Origin: Candidatus Uhrbacteria bacterium
Lineage (GTDB): Bacteria; Patescibacteriota; Patescibacteriia; UBA9934
Assembly (NCBI GenBank): GCA_003453595.1
Contig: DMOG01000026.1
Span: forward strand, 6,567 to 70,566
Direction: 5' to 3'
Length of the DNA stretch: 64,000 bases
The translations under genes and the position numbers were made by a program. A model generated the notes under the pieces. That model saw only the letters and a program-made list of their open reading frames with translations. It searched no databases and had not been told where the DNA came from. Of this stretch, positions 46,514 through 56,534 are shown piece by piece. Within the stretch, counting starts at the first letter, position 1; each line of letters opens with the position of its first letter.

Positions 46514-47536
46514 TTACATCTGCTCACCTTCCCCAGTCAATAAAATTTTATTTGCCCGAATGTACTCAATAGTTTTCTGCAACCCGTCCTCAAGTCTAAC
46601 GACCGGGAGCCAGCCAAGTTTTTCTTTTGCCAAACTTATATCCGGCAAACCAAGTTCAGACAAAAATGCGAGTTGCTCAGCAAAACTAATATGCGAAGTC
46701 GAGGATGTTAAATCAATTATTTTTTGGGCAACATTAACTAGTTTAAAATCTTGATCACTGCCAAAGTTCATTACTCGTTCTTCGCCGGCATAATCCATCA
46801 AGCGTCTTATGCCGTCAACAATGTCAGTGACATACACCAGTGATGTTTTAAATTCCTCTGTGCCATTGATAACAACATTTTCATTATTAAGCGCTTGCAA
46901 AACAAAATCAGGGATCTGTTGTCCATCAAACAACGGCATGCGTGGTCCATAAGTTCGAAAAATGCGCGCAATCTTGTAATCGATTTTGTGAACTTCGCCA
47001 TATGTGTAAAACATTGTTTCCGCAAAACGACGACCTTCATCATAACAAGCCCGTGGAGTGAGGTGATCAACGCATCCAATCTCGTTCTCTTTTAAAAATT
47101 TCATGTCATCTTTGCGTGGCCCGTAAACAACAGAACTTGAGGATAGTAAAATTTTTGCTTTGTACTTCACTGCCAGATCTAAAATGTTACGCGTACCAAC
47201 CGAACTTGTTAACAATGTTTTCTCTTTGAGTGTGTTGAAGTTTTTTATTGAAGTTGGCACTGCCAAATGATAAATCTCTTGAATGCCCTTAAAAGGTATC
47301 TTGAATGGTTCAAGCTCTGTAAATCTTTCCAGATCAAATGGTTCGTTGATATTCAAACGTAAAAACTGAAAATTTACATCTCTTAAAAATGGATCGATAT
47401 TATTAACACTTCCAGTAGCAAAATCATCAATACAAATAACTTTGTAATCTGACTTTAGAAGTTCGGCGCACAAAAATGATCCGATAAATCCAGCACCGCC
47501 AGTAACAATTGCAATCTTTTTTTCTTGATTAGGCAT
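46514..47536 (-). CDS. NAD-dependent epimerase/dehydratase (UDP-glucuronate decarboxylase / UXS-like SDR)
   Basis: Has 'IAIVTGGAGFIGSFLC' and 'IYHLAVPTS'. Confidence 0.7.
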   Translation of the reverse strand: MPNQEKKIAIVTGGAGFIGSFLCAELLKSDYKVICIDDFATGSVNNIDPFLRDVNFQFLRLNINEPFDLERFTELEPFKIPFKGIQEIYHLAVPTSIKNFNTLKEKTLLTSSVGTRNILDLAVKYKAKILLSSSSVVYGPRKDDMKFLKENEIGCVDHLTPRACYDEGRRFAETMFYTYGEVHKIDYKIARIFRTYGPRMPLFDGQQIPDFVLQALNNENVVINGTEEFKTSLVYVTDIVDGIRRLMDYAGEERVMNFGSDQDFKLVNVAQKIIDLTSSTSHISFAEQLAFLSELGLPDISLAKEKLGWLPVVRLEDGLQKTIEYIRANKILLTGEGEQM

Positions 47537-47596
47537 AGGGAATGTGATTAGAAGTTGTAGAGGTGATTAAGGGGAGTTGGAGGGGAACCGCATGTG

Positions 47597-49207
47597 TCAC
47601 TCTGCGAGTTCTGCCAACATCTGCCGTGTCTTCATCTGACTTGTATCTACTTCAAATACTTGATCGATTCGATCTCCTAGTTCAAACTTTGTAAAAAATG
47701 TTGGTTCTATGTCAATCACATAATCTGCCCAATCACTGCCAAACATTTCAGTAGCGATTTCTTCACTGTTTATTTTTCGCAAAACCGGAACAAGGTCATC
47801 ATCTCCGCTGGCTAACATATAAACACTGTTGTCAGATTGAATTTTTACCAGTGCAACTCCTGCTTTTGGTAACATAACTCCTCCCAAATCAAACTGGGCA
47901 AGCTCATCATCGTTCATGACTTTAATATCAGAGAACGAATTTGACCAAGTAAAATATGCATTTGAGTCTAAAAATACTCTTCGCTTTCCAGCTGAGTCAA
48001 TATAATAAACCGAGGAAAATGAATTGCTTTTTATCAAATCTCCTGACGCATACCCTTCCACTGGAATTGATACTGGCTGCAAATCTTGTTGTGCTTGTGC
48101 TGATGCATAACTAGCTGCCAGCACAATCGCTTGATTAACATTTAATCGACCAGCACCAAATTGGTTACGATATTTACCACTTAAACTCATGGGGTCAACT
48201 GAAAGCTTTAATATATTCCGAATATCAGTTGGACTTAATGTTGGATATTTGGCCAGAATCAAGGCAGCTGAGCCAGCCACAACCGGCGAGGCCACTGAGG
48301 TTCCAGACCAGTGATCACCATATAAAGTGCTATACCCTGCTGATGGTTCATAATAAAACAATCCATACATATCTTCCCCTGGCGCTGATAAATCTGCACA
48401 AGAACTGCCGTAATTTGAAAACAAAGAATGTTGATCTGACGCGTCTGAGGCTGCAACACCAATCACCCAATCCTCATCACCATCATTGTAGCAGGCAGGA
48501 TAAACTGGATTATTATTGATATTCACTCCTTCATTACCAAGCGCAGCAACTACAACTACTCCGTGATTAAAGGCATTCATCACAGCTTTGCGCAAAGCTG
48601 GATCATCAGTGCTTCCTGAAAAACTCAGATTAATAACATCAGCACCATTTTCCACTGCATAATTAATCGCCTCTCGAGCGTCCATTGAATTGCCTGATCC
48701 GGTTTTATCCAACATCCGCACTGCCATAATGCGCGCATCCCAAACAACACCAGTTAGACCTTCGTGATTATTTCCAACAGCAGCAATCAATCCTGAAATA
48801 ACTGTGCCATGTGATACAGCGTCAGGGTCTGACCCACGCGATGTGTCTGGAGTGGGATCATTGTCACTATCAATAAAATCCCAACCATAAACATCGTCCA
48901 CAAATCCATTATCATCGTCATCGATGTTATTATCAGCAATCTCACCTGTATTTACCCAAATATTGTCCATAAGATCTGGATGATCAAGATCAACGCCAGT
49001 GTCCAATACAGCAATCACAACCGAACCATCACCTGTTTTGATGTCCCATGCCTCTGGAGCATCAATCATATCCAAATACCATTGCTCGTCATACTCAGTA
49101 TCATTTGGCGTCCGAGCAAAAACAACCGCAGGAAGCATACATAAAAGCAATCCTGCGGAAATTATTGTTTTAATTGTTTGTTTCCTCCTATTCACACTAT
49201 TCTTCAA
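47597..49207 (-). CDS. Secreted S8 subtilisin-like serine protease with a C-terminal domain of about 110 aa shared with the giant surface protein
   Basis: Has the catalytic triad contexts 'VLDTGVD', 'HGTVISG', and 'GTSVASPVVAG', plus a signal peptide. Confidence 0.85.
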   Translation of the reverse strand: MKNSVNRRKQTIKTIISAGLLLCMLPAVVFARTPNDTEYDEQWYLDMIDAPEAWDIKTGDGSVVIAVLDTGVDLDHPDLMDNIWVNTGEIADNNIDDDDNGFVDDVYGWDFIDSDNDPTPDTSRGSDPDAVSHGTVISGLIAAVGNNHEGLTGVVWDARIMAVRMLDKTGSGNSMDAREAINYAVENGADVINLSFSGSTDDPALRKAVMNAFNHGVVVVAALGNEGVNINNNPVYPACYNDGDEDWVIGVAASDASDQHSLFSNYGSSCADLSAPGEDMYGLFYYEPSAGYSTLYGDHWSGTSVASPVVAGSAALILAKYPTLSPTDIRNILKLSVDPMSLSGKYRNQFGAGRLNVNQAIVLAASYASAQAQQDLQPVSIPVEGYASGDLIKSNSFSSVYYIDSAGKRRVFLDSNAYFTWSNSFSDIKVMNDDELAQFDLGGVMLPKAGVALVKIQSDNSVYMLASGDDDLVPVLRKINSEEIATEMFGSDWADYVIDIEPTFFTKFELGDRIDQVFEVDTSQMKTRQMLAELAE

Positions 49208-49877
49208 TACAAGTGTCTTCTACCACTTGCATATCTTGTTCAATTGACTCCACTGGTCCGCTTTCATTCTTAGCAAGAGTAAGAGCAACATTATAATGAT
49301 CCAATGACTTCTGACACTGACCATGATCTGCATAATATTCTCCCAATTGCACCATCACCCACTGAGTTTGTCCGATTGTATCAATATAATCAAGTAAAAG
49401 ATCTTCAACTTCTAAGCCGCGTGTTTCATCTCGCTCTATCACCTTTATTACATCCCGGTAAAACTCCTCCATTGGGGAAAGTTCAAGCGCAGTGCGAAAT
49501 GCTTCTTCTGCTTTATCCCAATCTTCCATCATGTAAACAATGTTTCCATAGGTATTCCAAGCAGCTGGATTGATTGAATTGTAAGTAAAGTATTCCTCAT
49601 AAATTTCCCGAGCCTGTACCAAATCGCCAAGATAATACGCGTCAGTTCCAGCAATCTCATAAAGATTAAGGTCAGGACGCTCATCAGCTTTTTTTGATGC
49701 AGTAATTGATGAAAGAGATTGTGCAAGCTGTTGTTGTAAAGTGGTAACAGTCTCCGGGTCTGATTGCACCTCCATGTGCGTTACAAGACCATAGTACGGA
49801 TTTGTAGATTGAAAGAGCCAATATCCTCCAGCAACAATTATCACAATTGCTGCCAAAATAAGTGGGAGTTTTTTCAT
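49197..49877 (-). CDS. Secreted or membrane-anchored TPR-like protein
   Basis: Has an N-terminal TM/signal segment and helical repeats with Y/W-rich TPR-like spacing. It overlaps the S8 gene start. Confidence 0.45.
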   Translation of the reverse strand: MKKLPLILAAIVIIVAGGYWLFQSTNPYYGLVTHMEVQSDPETVTTLQQQLAQSLSSITASKKADERPDLNLYEIAGTDAYYLGDLVQAREIYEEYFTYNSINPAAWNTYGNIVYMMEDWDKAEEAFRTALELSPMEEFYRDVIKVIERDETRGLEVEDLLLDYIDTIGQTQWVMVQLGEYYADHGQCQKSLDHYNVALTLAKNESGPVESIEQDMQVVEDTCIEE

Positions 49878-49938
49878 AAGTAGATATGTGATTTATGCCT
49901 ATATTTTATCGGATTATAGAAGATATGGCAACCAAGTT

Positions 49939-50003
49939 GGGGTCAGGTCTTTACTCGGAACACCCAAATTGATAAAAGGTGTTCCGAGTAAAGACCTGAC
50001 CCC
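49939..50003. repeat. Long-stem hairpin element, copy 2 (same 26-bp arms as 21530-21594, loop CAAATTGATAAAA)
   Basis: The arms are identical to copy 1. Confidence 0.8.
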
Positions 50004-50018
50004 ATTTGCGCAAAACCA

Positions 50019-50045
50019 AAACCCCGCCGAAGCGGGGTTTTGGTA
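50019..50045 (-). terminator. Intrinsic terminator for the giant surface protein gene (CCCCGC-cgaa-GCGGGG, T-run on the minus strand)
   Basis: A hairpin plus a run of Ts in the minus orientation lies about 40 nt after the stop. Confidence 0.7.
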
Positions 50046-50081
50046 CTTGATTGCTCAAGATTTGAGGATTTCTAATCGAGA

Positions 50082-53000
50082 TTAGAATTGGATTGCACCA
50101 CCAGAGATAGGCAAGCTATCAACTAGGTATGCGCCCCATCCTTGCTGAGCAGCTGTAAGTCCAGCTACTCCATCGTCTTCCCAATAGAATGAATCAGGTC
50201 GGCGAAGAATGTTTTGTGTAGTTACTGGCAATGTCATATTTCGTCCAAGGTAACCACGAACCAAGGTAACGGTTAGTGTGTCTACGCTTGTAACAAGTAC
50301 GATTTCCTCAGTTGCGTCACATGTTGTGTTAGCACCTGCAAGACATAGCTGATCACCTTCTGTAATTCCAGTTACAGCACTTAAGATAAGTGTGGTATCT
50401 GCAATTGTTATAGCTGGGTCATCGATTGTAACTGTTGGATTTACCCATGTTGAGAACTCGGTTGCTCCAACAAGGGAGAACTGAATAGTGTCATGGTTTG
50501 TTGAAGAAGCTCCCACTGAGTCAAAGTACAAAGCAAATGTGTATGTGGTTCCGGCTGGAACTACAAGTGCCTCTGCGTCTGTATCAAACTCCAACTGAAC
50601 ATAGTCAACCTTTGCATCTTGTGCAAGATCGATTGTTGTTGCGCCTTCTACGAATGTCCACTCGGCATCATCGTCAAGAGCAGTTCCTGTTCCGGTTGTT
50701 GTCAAGTTGTACAAGTCAAAGTCTGAAGTCTGGATATCATCTCCTGTTACTCCATCATCTGGATCCCATGTATTCCACAATGTTGTTTCGTTATCTGTTG
50801 AAGAGAGTTTCCATACAAAGTCATGGATAATCACATCTTCATTTGCAGATGCGGCAACATTAAAGCGGTAAACTTCTTGGTCACCAGGAACCTTTGTTCC
50901 AGATGGGCTTGATGAACTCAAGCTGATTGTTGGTGTTGTTTCCTTAACAATGAATGTTGCAATTCCGTCTGTTGAATGCAAGTCGTCTCCAACAGCACTT
51001 ACATCATCGTCATCTAATGTTGATCCTGAACCAACTCCGACAGCTCGGAAGTTATCATCATTGGTTGCATCAATAAAGAATCCCATACGAACCTTTTCGC
51101 CAGAAGTTGAAGAACCGCCAGCGTTTCGGTCAATAACAGGAACATTAACAAATACTTCAACTGTAGCTGGATCATCTGTAGTTACATAGATTGGAGCTGT
51201 TGACAAGCTAAACTTGGCTTCATTTCCGTTCATTGTAGCAGTCTTTGATCCAGTTGTGCCATTTTCAAGTGGGTACTCAATTGTAACCAATGAAATGTTG
51301 TTTGCGTAACCAGAGTCATTACATGTTGTTGTTAAACATGAACCTGGAGTGACATCGTCAACATTAACATCGTCGTCCTCACCCTGCTCTTCTGAAACAG
51401 TGAAGGTGCTGACCTGGAATGCTTCGTTTGTTGCTGTGATTCTGTATGTAGCTACATGACTATCTGTTGTGTTTGACAACAAGAAATCTGCGCTTGGTGT
51501 TCCAGAATCGGCAGTAACTGCGATTGATCCAGCTGGAGATACTGTTACGATAACAGCACTTGTTAATGTTGTTCCACCGTTTAGAGCGTCAGCAGCTGCG
51601 CCTCCGCTGGTAAGTGGGTCAACATCTGAACCTCCATCATCTTGGGCAACAATATCCTCTGAAGCATCAGCGATATCAAATGAGAAGTAATCGCTATCAG
51701 CATCAGATGGATTTGCAAAGTTACAGTAGAGCTGTACTTTTTGTGTTGCGCCAGCTGCGAGTGTCCAATTTACAGAACTAAATGTAATAGTCTGTCCATT
51801 GCTTGCTGGTGATTTTGGTCCGGCAAGAAGAGCATTGTTAATGTCGTAGATTGAACATGAACTTACGAAATCATTAACATCATATCCTGAAGCTCCACCG
51901 ATTGTGGATGTTTCAGAACCATCATCGTCTCCATAGGCAGAGAACGCGATGCTGGTAATTTCAACATCTCCAGAGTCTCCAGCAACAAGGTTGAAATCAA
52001 CAACATTCACATCTGTCATTCCATGAATAGTTGTGAAATCTGTTGGTGTTGAAGCCAAAGACATTGTTAATGAAGCACTTCGAGCTGTTTGTGCATAACC
52101 TGTAATATCAGCTGATGGCACAACATCAGTTGCGTTTGTAAGAGTGTCACCATTGGTGTCCTCAGCTACAAATCCTGAGATATCTAGAGTTGCTCCAAGA
52201 GCTGTTCCGGTTGTGATTGTGTCATCAACATCAACAACAACTTGGATATTCAATGTTTCACCAGCGCTCATTTCAAAGTCATCAGTGAAATCAATTGTTT
52301 GTGCACCATCGTTTGTTCCGTCAGCTCCACAGACAACAGTAATACAATCAAGTTCCAATGGACCCATGATTGTTGCTCCTGTATCTGCGTTAACAAGCTT
52401 GATGTCAGAAATGTTTCCTTCTGCACCAGTGTTAATAAGACCATCGCTATCATTTCCTGAATCATCGCCTGGAGTGAATGGATTATTATTTCCATCATCT
52501 TCAGCACCAACGATAATATCAAGATCTTTGATAGTGATATCCTGAACAGTTGTAAATGTAAACTCAAGAAGAACTTGGTCATTACTGTTTGTTCGGATAT
52601 CACCAGCACTTGGTCCAGATAGAGCAAATGTTACATCTCCACCTTGGATTGTTGAGTAGTTACACTCATCAGATCCTCCGCCAGCACATGTACCACCGTC
52701 ATATCCAGTGATAGTTGCTGCCATTGGGTAGAAATATTCTGCACCTTCTACTTGAACATCAATAGCATTGTCCATGTAAACCTTAGCAGTGTCAGCTGCT
52801 TCTCCTCCGATATCTGCTGTAACTGTAAAAGTCTTACTCTGACCCTTAGCGATATTGTAGTCCTCATCAAAATCAAAGACTACAAGCTTGCTTCCGATAT
52901 ATTCTCCTGTAGCAACCAAAGTTGTACCTGTGTACATCTTATAGTCACTATGATCAGCGCCGTTATCAACCTTCAATGTTAATGATTGAACATTTCCAGC

Positions 53001-54341
53001 TTCAGTTGCAGTTGTGATCTTGAAAGATCCAATTGTTGCATCGTTCTGGCCCAAAGATGGGTTGTCAATTGTTCCTGTATCAAGAATTGTTACAGTTCCA
53101 ACTGTTGTTCCAGAAACTGAGAATGTATTTCCGTCTAGTGGGAAGTTGCCTGCTACATCACCGGCTGATACAACATCTCCATCCTCGTACAAGCCAAATT
53201 GGATTTCATCACCTACGCTTGCAGAAATTGTTACGCGAACAGAAATTGTTCGTGTTTCATTTGCTGCCAATGCAAGGCCAAGACTTCCAAAAGTTGCCTT
53301 TCGAGTTGAAGAGTTTACTGAACGAGCTTCTGTCAAACGAGTGTTATCTTCGTAAAGATAAACATTGGAAACATCGGTTGATGAAGAAAGTCCAATCATC
53401 TTAACAGCGATCTGGCTAACTGTTGTTGCCTCAGATCCTGCTTTGATATCAAACTTCAAAACTTCAACTGTGTTTGCGTTTGTTGGAACTGAAGTTCCAG
53501 CTGGGTTTGAAGATGAAAGTTTTACTGTTACATCTCCTGTTGCGACTACATCGTCAACACCACCCTGTTGTGAACAGTCTGTAAGCTCTGAAACTTCAGA
53601 AGTGATATCACTTCCTGCTGTCAAAGCTGAGTCATCAATGCCAGTTCCGTTAAGGAACATAGCTGTTTGCATTTTGTTTGCAGTACGTCCAGCTGATGAA
53701 ACCATAAGCTTTTCGCCACCCCATGCAAGGTAATAGTCAGAGCCATCTTTGTACATCATTCCGTCGTATGCGGTTGCTGATGTTAGAGATACTCCTTCTG
53801 AATAATCTGACCAGAAAACATCGGCAACATCATGAATTTGTGTTGCCCAATCGCTTCCTGCTAGTGCTTCTGCAGTAGCAGCGTCTTCAATCCATAGGAT
53901 TGATCCGTCTGTTGAAACTGCGTAAACTTTAGGGTTAGATGTAATCTTAACCCAGTATGAACCTGGTCGGTAAACAATGTTTCCGCCAAGAGCGATATCA
54001 GCTAGAGCGCTGTCTGAGATTGTCTCGACACCACTGAAATCTGAATACCATGTGAAGTAAGTCTTCTCGTTAGGGAATGTGTAACGCATACCGTCTGGTG
54101 CGTAGTAGTAAACGGTTGAGAGAGACTCACTCTTTATAAGGTCACCTGCTGTTGCAGCACTAACTGTGCTTGGAGCAAGGACCGCACTCAAAGAACCAAG
54201 AACCATTGCAGCAATAGTTACCACTGCAAAGATTCGGTTTCGGAGTTGAAATGCATCGTGCATAATCAATTCTATCCTTTCTATTATTATGAGTAATGGC
54301 GTATTTTCGGCCATGCGGCCTCGACCTTTCGGAAAATACAC
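50082..54341 (-). CDS. Giant secreted cell-surface protein (about 1400 aa; probable start at MHDAFQ, 54263) rich in Thr/Ser/Asp/Gly beta-strand-like repeats; adhesin/S-layer-like
   Basis: Has a signal peptide 'IFAVVTIAAMVLGSLSAVLA', low-complexity Ig-like composition, and an N-terminal domain homologous to the S8 protease C-terminus. Confidence 0.6.
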   Translation of the reverse strand: MYFPKGRGRMAENTPLLIIIERIELIMHDAFQLRNRIFAVVTIAAMVLGSLSAVLAPSTVSAATAGDLIKSESLSTVYYYAPDGMRYTFPNEKTYFTWYSDFSGVETISDSALADIALGGNIVYRPGSYWVKITSNPKVYAVSTDGSILWIEDAATAEALAGSDWATQIHDVADVFWSDYSEGVSLTSATAYDGMMYKDGSDYYLAWGGEKLMVSSAGRTANKMQTAMFLNGTGIDDSALTAGSDITSEVSELTDCSQQGGVDDVVATGDVTVKLSSSNPAGTSVPTNANTVEVLKFDIKAGSEATTVSQIAVKMIGLSSSTDVSNVYLYEDNTRLTEARSVNSSTRKATFGSLGLALAANETRTISVRVTISASVGDEIQFGLYEDGDVVSAGDVAGNFPLDGNTFSVSGTTVGTVTILDTGTIDNPSLGQNDATIGSFKITTATEAGNVQSLTLKVDNGADHSDYKMYTGTTLVATGEYIGSKLVVFDFDEDYNIAKGQSKTFTVTADIGGEAADTAKVYMDNAIDVQVEGAEYFYPMAATITGYDGGTCAGGGSDECNYSTIQGGDVTFALSGPSAGDIRTNSNDQVLLEFTFTTVQDITIKDLDIIVGAEDDGNNNPFTPGDDSGNDSDGLINTGAEGNISDIKLVNADTGATIMGPLELDCITVVCGADGTNDGAQTIDFTDDFEMSAGETLNIQVVVDVDDTITTGTALGATLDISGFVAEDTNGDTLTNATDVVPSADITGYAQTARSASLTMSLASTPTDFTTIHGMTDVNVVDFNLVAGDSGDVEITSIAFSAYGDDDGSETSTIGGASGYDVNDFVSSCSIYDINNALLAGPKSPASNGQTITFSSVNWTLAAGATQKVQLYCNFANPSDADSDYFSFDIADASEDIVAQDDGGSDVDPLTSGGAAADALNGGTTLTSAVIVTVSPAGSIAVTADSGTPSADFLLSNTTDSHVATYRITATNEAFQVSTFTVSEEQGEDDDVNVDDVTPGSCLTTTCNDSGYANNISLVTIEYPLENGTTGSKTATMNGNEAKFSLSTAPIYVTTDDPATVEVFVNVPVIDRNAGGSSTSGEKVRMGFFIDATNDDNFRAVGVGSGSTLDDDDVSAVGDDLHSTDGIATFIVKETTPTISLSSSSPSGTKVPGDQEVYRFNVAASANEDVIIHDFVWKLSSTDNETTLWNTWDPDDGVTGDDIQTSDFDLYNLTTTGTGTALDDDAEWTFVEGATTIDLAQDAKVDYVQLEFDTDAEALVVPAGTTYTFALYFDSVGASSTNHDTIQFSLVGATEFSTWVNPTVTIDDPAITIADTTLILSAVTGITEGDQLCLAGANTTCDATEEIVLVTSVDTLTVTLVRGYLGRNMTLPVTTQNILRRPDSFYWEDDGVAGLTAAQQGWGAYLVDSLPISGGAIQF

Positions 54342-54431
54342 CGGGTTGAACCTTAGATGAAGAAACGCTTAAATGCGTTCCTATCAAGAGCCACCATCTT
54401 TGATTGATGACTCCTAGATAGAAAAACAAGT

Positions 54432-55544
54432 TTATTGTGTAATTTGTGGATCTGAACTTTCGTTTTCCTGATTCTCTTCTACAATTTCTACCTCCTCTAC
54501 CACTTCTTCCACTTTTTCTTCTACATCCTCTTGTAAATTAAGCACTGTCATCACCTGCTCTTCGATTGATGCCAGTCTTGCTTCGATACCAAGAAGAGTT
54601 GTGTCTGCATCGCGCAACATGTCAAAGGCACCACGATAGGCACCGGCCGCAAATGAATTCATAGCTTCGGCAACATCATCGGTAGCTTGATCTATTTCAA
54701 ACTGGAGTCTAAGGATATCGTCGCCTGACAAAATACCTTCTATTGCATTTTCATTTATAATTGCACTAATTGTTTGCACACGACCTGTGTCAAATGTTTG
54801 GCGTTCGCGTAGATCTGTGTATTCATTTTTAAATGATCGATTAAGCGCAACTCCTGATTCTTGAGTTTCGGTTTGCTCATGCACATCCATGATTGCGTCC
54901 ACTGCTGAGTTTGAAACTGCTGTGGTTGTTTCTGTGGCATCCTTGGCAGATTGATCGCCAATGGCATTAAGCTCGGCTTGCAATGTGCTGATTTTTTCAT
55001 CAAGAACACTGGCAACTGTGAGAGTATTTGCATCCTGATTATTCTTTAGCTGTGTTAGAGCGTCTCCGGCTTTTACCACCTCTGTTTCCAATGCATGCAC
55101 TGTTTCAGCAAGATAACGCTCTGAACGACCATCATCTATTTGTTGCAATGACTGAATTTCTACCATGCGACGCTGGGCAAATTGAGTATGCAATACAGCG
55201 CGTTGATCTTGTGGGGAGATAATTAATTGAGCTTGCTCAGTAATTAACTTCACATTATAAAGAGTGTCGCCAGGGATACTACCAACCGCAGCCTTTACTG
55301 TTGTGAACCAGCCACCAAATAAAAGCGCGAAAATAACAAGACCCACGCCGATTGGGCGTGTGGCAAAAGAAAAAGCATTCCATTTTATGTAAGCAACTTG
55401 TGCGTCACCAATGACTCGATCATCATGATGACCAATAGCAGTAAGTAATTGAGTCTTGGCCTGATTTTGCCCAACACCATCAACCCATCCAGCATCTGGA
55501 TGATTTTTGAGGGATTTGAGTTGTGCGATCACTTCGCGACTCAT
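54432..55544 (-). CDS. DUF5667-like membrane protein (putative anti-sigma factor partner)
   Basis: Has a single TM helix 'IGVGLVIFALLFGGWFTTV', a long coiled-coil C-terminal region, and lies immediately downstream of an ECF sigma gene. Confidence 0.5.
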   Translation of the reverse strand: MSREVIAQLKSLKNHPDAGWVDGVGQNQAKTQLLTAIGHHDDRVIGDAQVAYIKWNAFSFATRPIGVGLVIFALLFGGWFTTVKAAVGSIPGDTLYNVKLITEQAQLIISPQDQRAVLHTQFAQRRMVEIQSLQQIDDGRSERYLAETVHALETEVVKAGDALTQLKNNQDANTLTVASVLDEKISTLQAELNAIGDQSAKDATETTTAVSNSAVDAIMDVHEQTETQESGVALNRSFKNEYTDLRERQTFDTGRVQTISAIINENAIEGILSGDDILRLQFEIDQATDDVAEAMNSFAAGAYRGAFDMLRDADTTLLGIEARLASIEEQVMTVLNLQEDVEEKVEEVVEEVEIVEENQENESSDPQITQ

Positions 55545-55546
55545 AT

Positions 55547-56074
55547 TTATTTTTTAGCGCGCTCTTGAAGCGCTTTTTTTGCTCTATGCAATAGTACCCG
55601 GACACTGCCTGTTGTTTTTTCCAACGATTCAGCAATCTCACCAATACTCATCTCGTCTAAGAACCTCATGACAAGCACATCCCGATATTCCTCTCTTATT
55701 TCTCGTAAAAGCTTGATAAGAGCTTGCTGATCCTGCTGATCTGACAATTCTTCTGCCAAATCATGTTCATCTGTCTTATATTCTGCTTCTTCCACGCCAA
55801 CCTCGATTTTGCGCTTGCGATAGTAGTCAGCAATGACATTTCTTGCGATTCTGTAGAAAAGAGCGGCTGGATTATTGACTAGGGAGGATGTCGCATATTC
55901 CCAACCTCTAAGAAAGACTTCAGCTGCTAATTCATCTGCATCTTCCTTGCTAGGCACGCGGAATATAATGAAGCGACGAATGCGGGAAATATAAAAGTCA
56001 TACAGTTCTCCGTATGCTCCTGTATCTCGAAACCTAAAAACTCGAAATAGTAGAAATTTGTTTCGATGTCGCAT
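55547..56074 (-). CDS. ECF-type RNA polymerase sigma-70 factor
   Basis: Has region 2 'RNVIADYYRKRK' and region 4 'VLVMRFLDEMSIGEIAESLEKTTGSVRVLLHRAKKAL'. Confidence 0.8.
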   Translation of the reverse strand: MRHRNKFLLFRVFRFRDTGAYGELYDFYISRIRRFIIFRVPSKEDADELAAEVFLRGWEYATSSLVNNPAALFYRIARNVIADYYRKRKIEVGVEEAEYKTDEHDLAEELSDQQDQQALIKLLREIREEYRDVLVMRFLDEMSIGEIAESLEKTTGSVRVLLHRAKKALQERAKK

Positions 56075-56225
56075 TTCAATTAATAAGTCGTTAAAATTCC
56101 TTTTGCGTTACACATTGTCAAAAGGTCAGTAATCATAGCAAAAAAACCGCTTTTAATCAAGGGGAATTTGACAAAATGCCTATTTTTGTCTACTCTAGCG
56201 TAGACAAATCATCATTTATTCCCCT

Positions 56226-56522
56226 ATGACTGGCCAAAATACCCCTGTTCGCCTTTCTGTGTCTGAAGCTGCCAAAATCTTTGGCGTTAGCGCCAGAACC
56301 ATCAGACGAGCTATCACAGACAATGAAATCACCTATATCGTTGTTCAGGGTCGATATAAGATCAATTTTGAGTCTTTGCTAAAATGGTCACAATCAAGCA
56401 CTACTGTCCGCAATAAACGCGACAAAGCCGGAATTGGCCAATTTGTGGAAAAATGGAAAATCAAAAACACACTTTATTCTCCAAATCCTGATATAATTAA
56501 AAAAGATTCTGATGACTCTTGA
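56226..56522 (+). CDS. Small helix-turn-helix DNA-binding protein (excisionase/MerR-like HTH_17)
   Basis: 'VSEAAKIFGVSARTIRRAITDNEITYI' is a typical HTH. Confidence 0.55.
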   Translation: MTGQNTPVRLSVSEAAKIFGVSARTIRRAITDNEITYIVVQGRYKINFESLLKWSQSSTTVRNKRDKAGIGQFVEKWKIKNTLYSPNPDIIKKDSDDS

Positions 56523-56534
56523 GCTTTATAAAGT

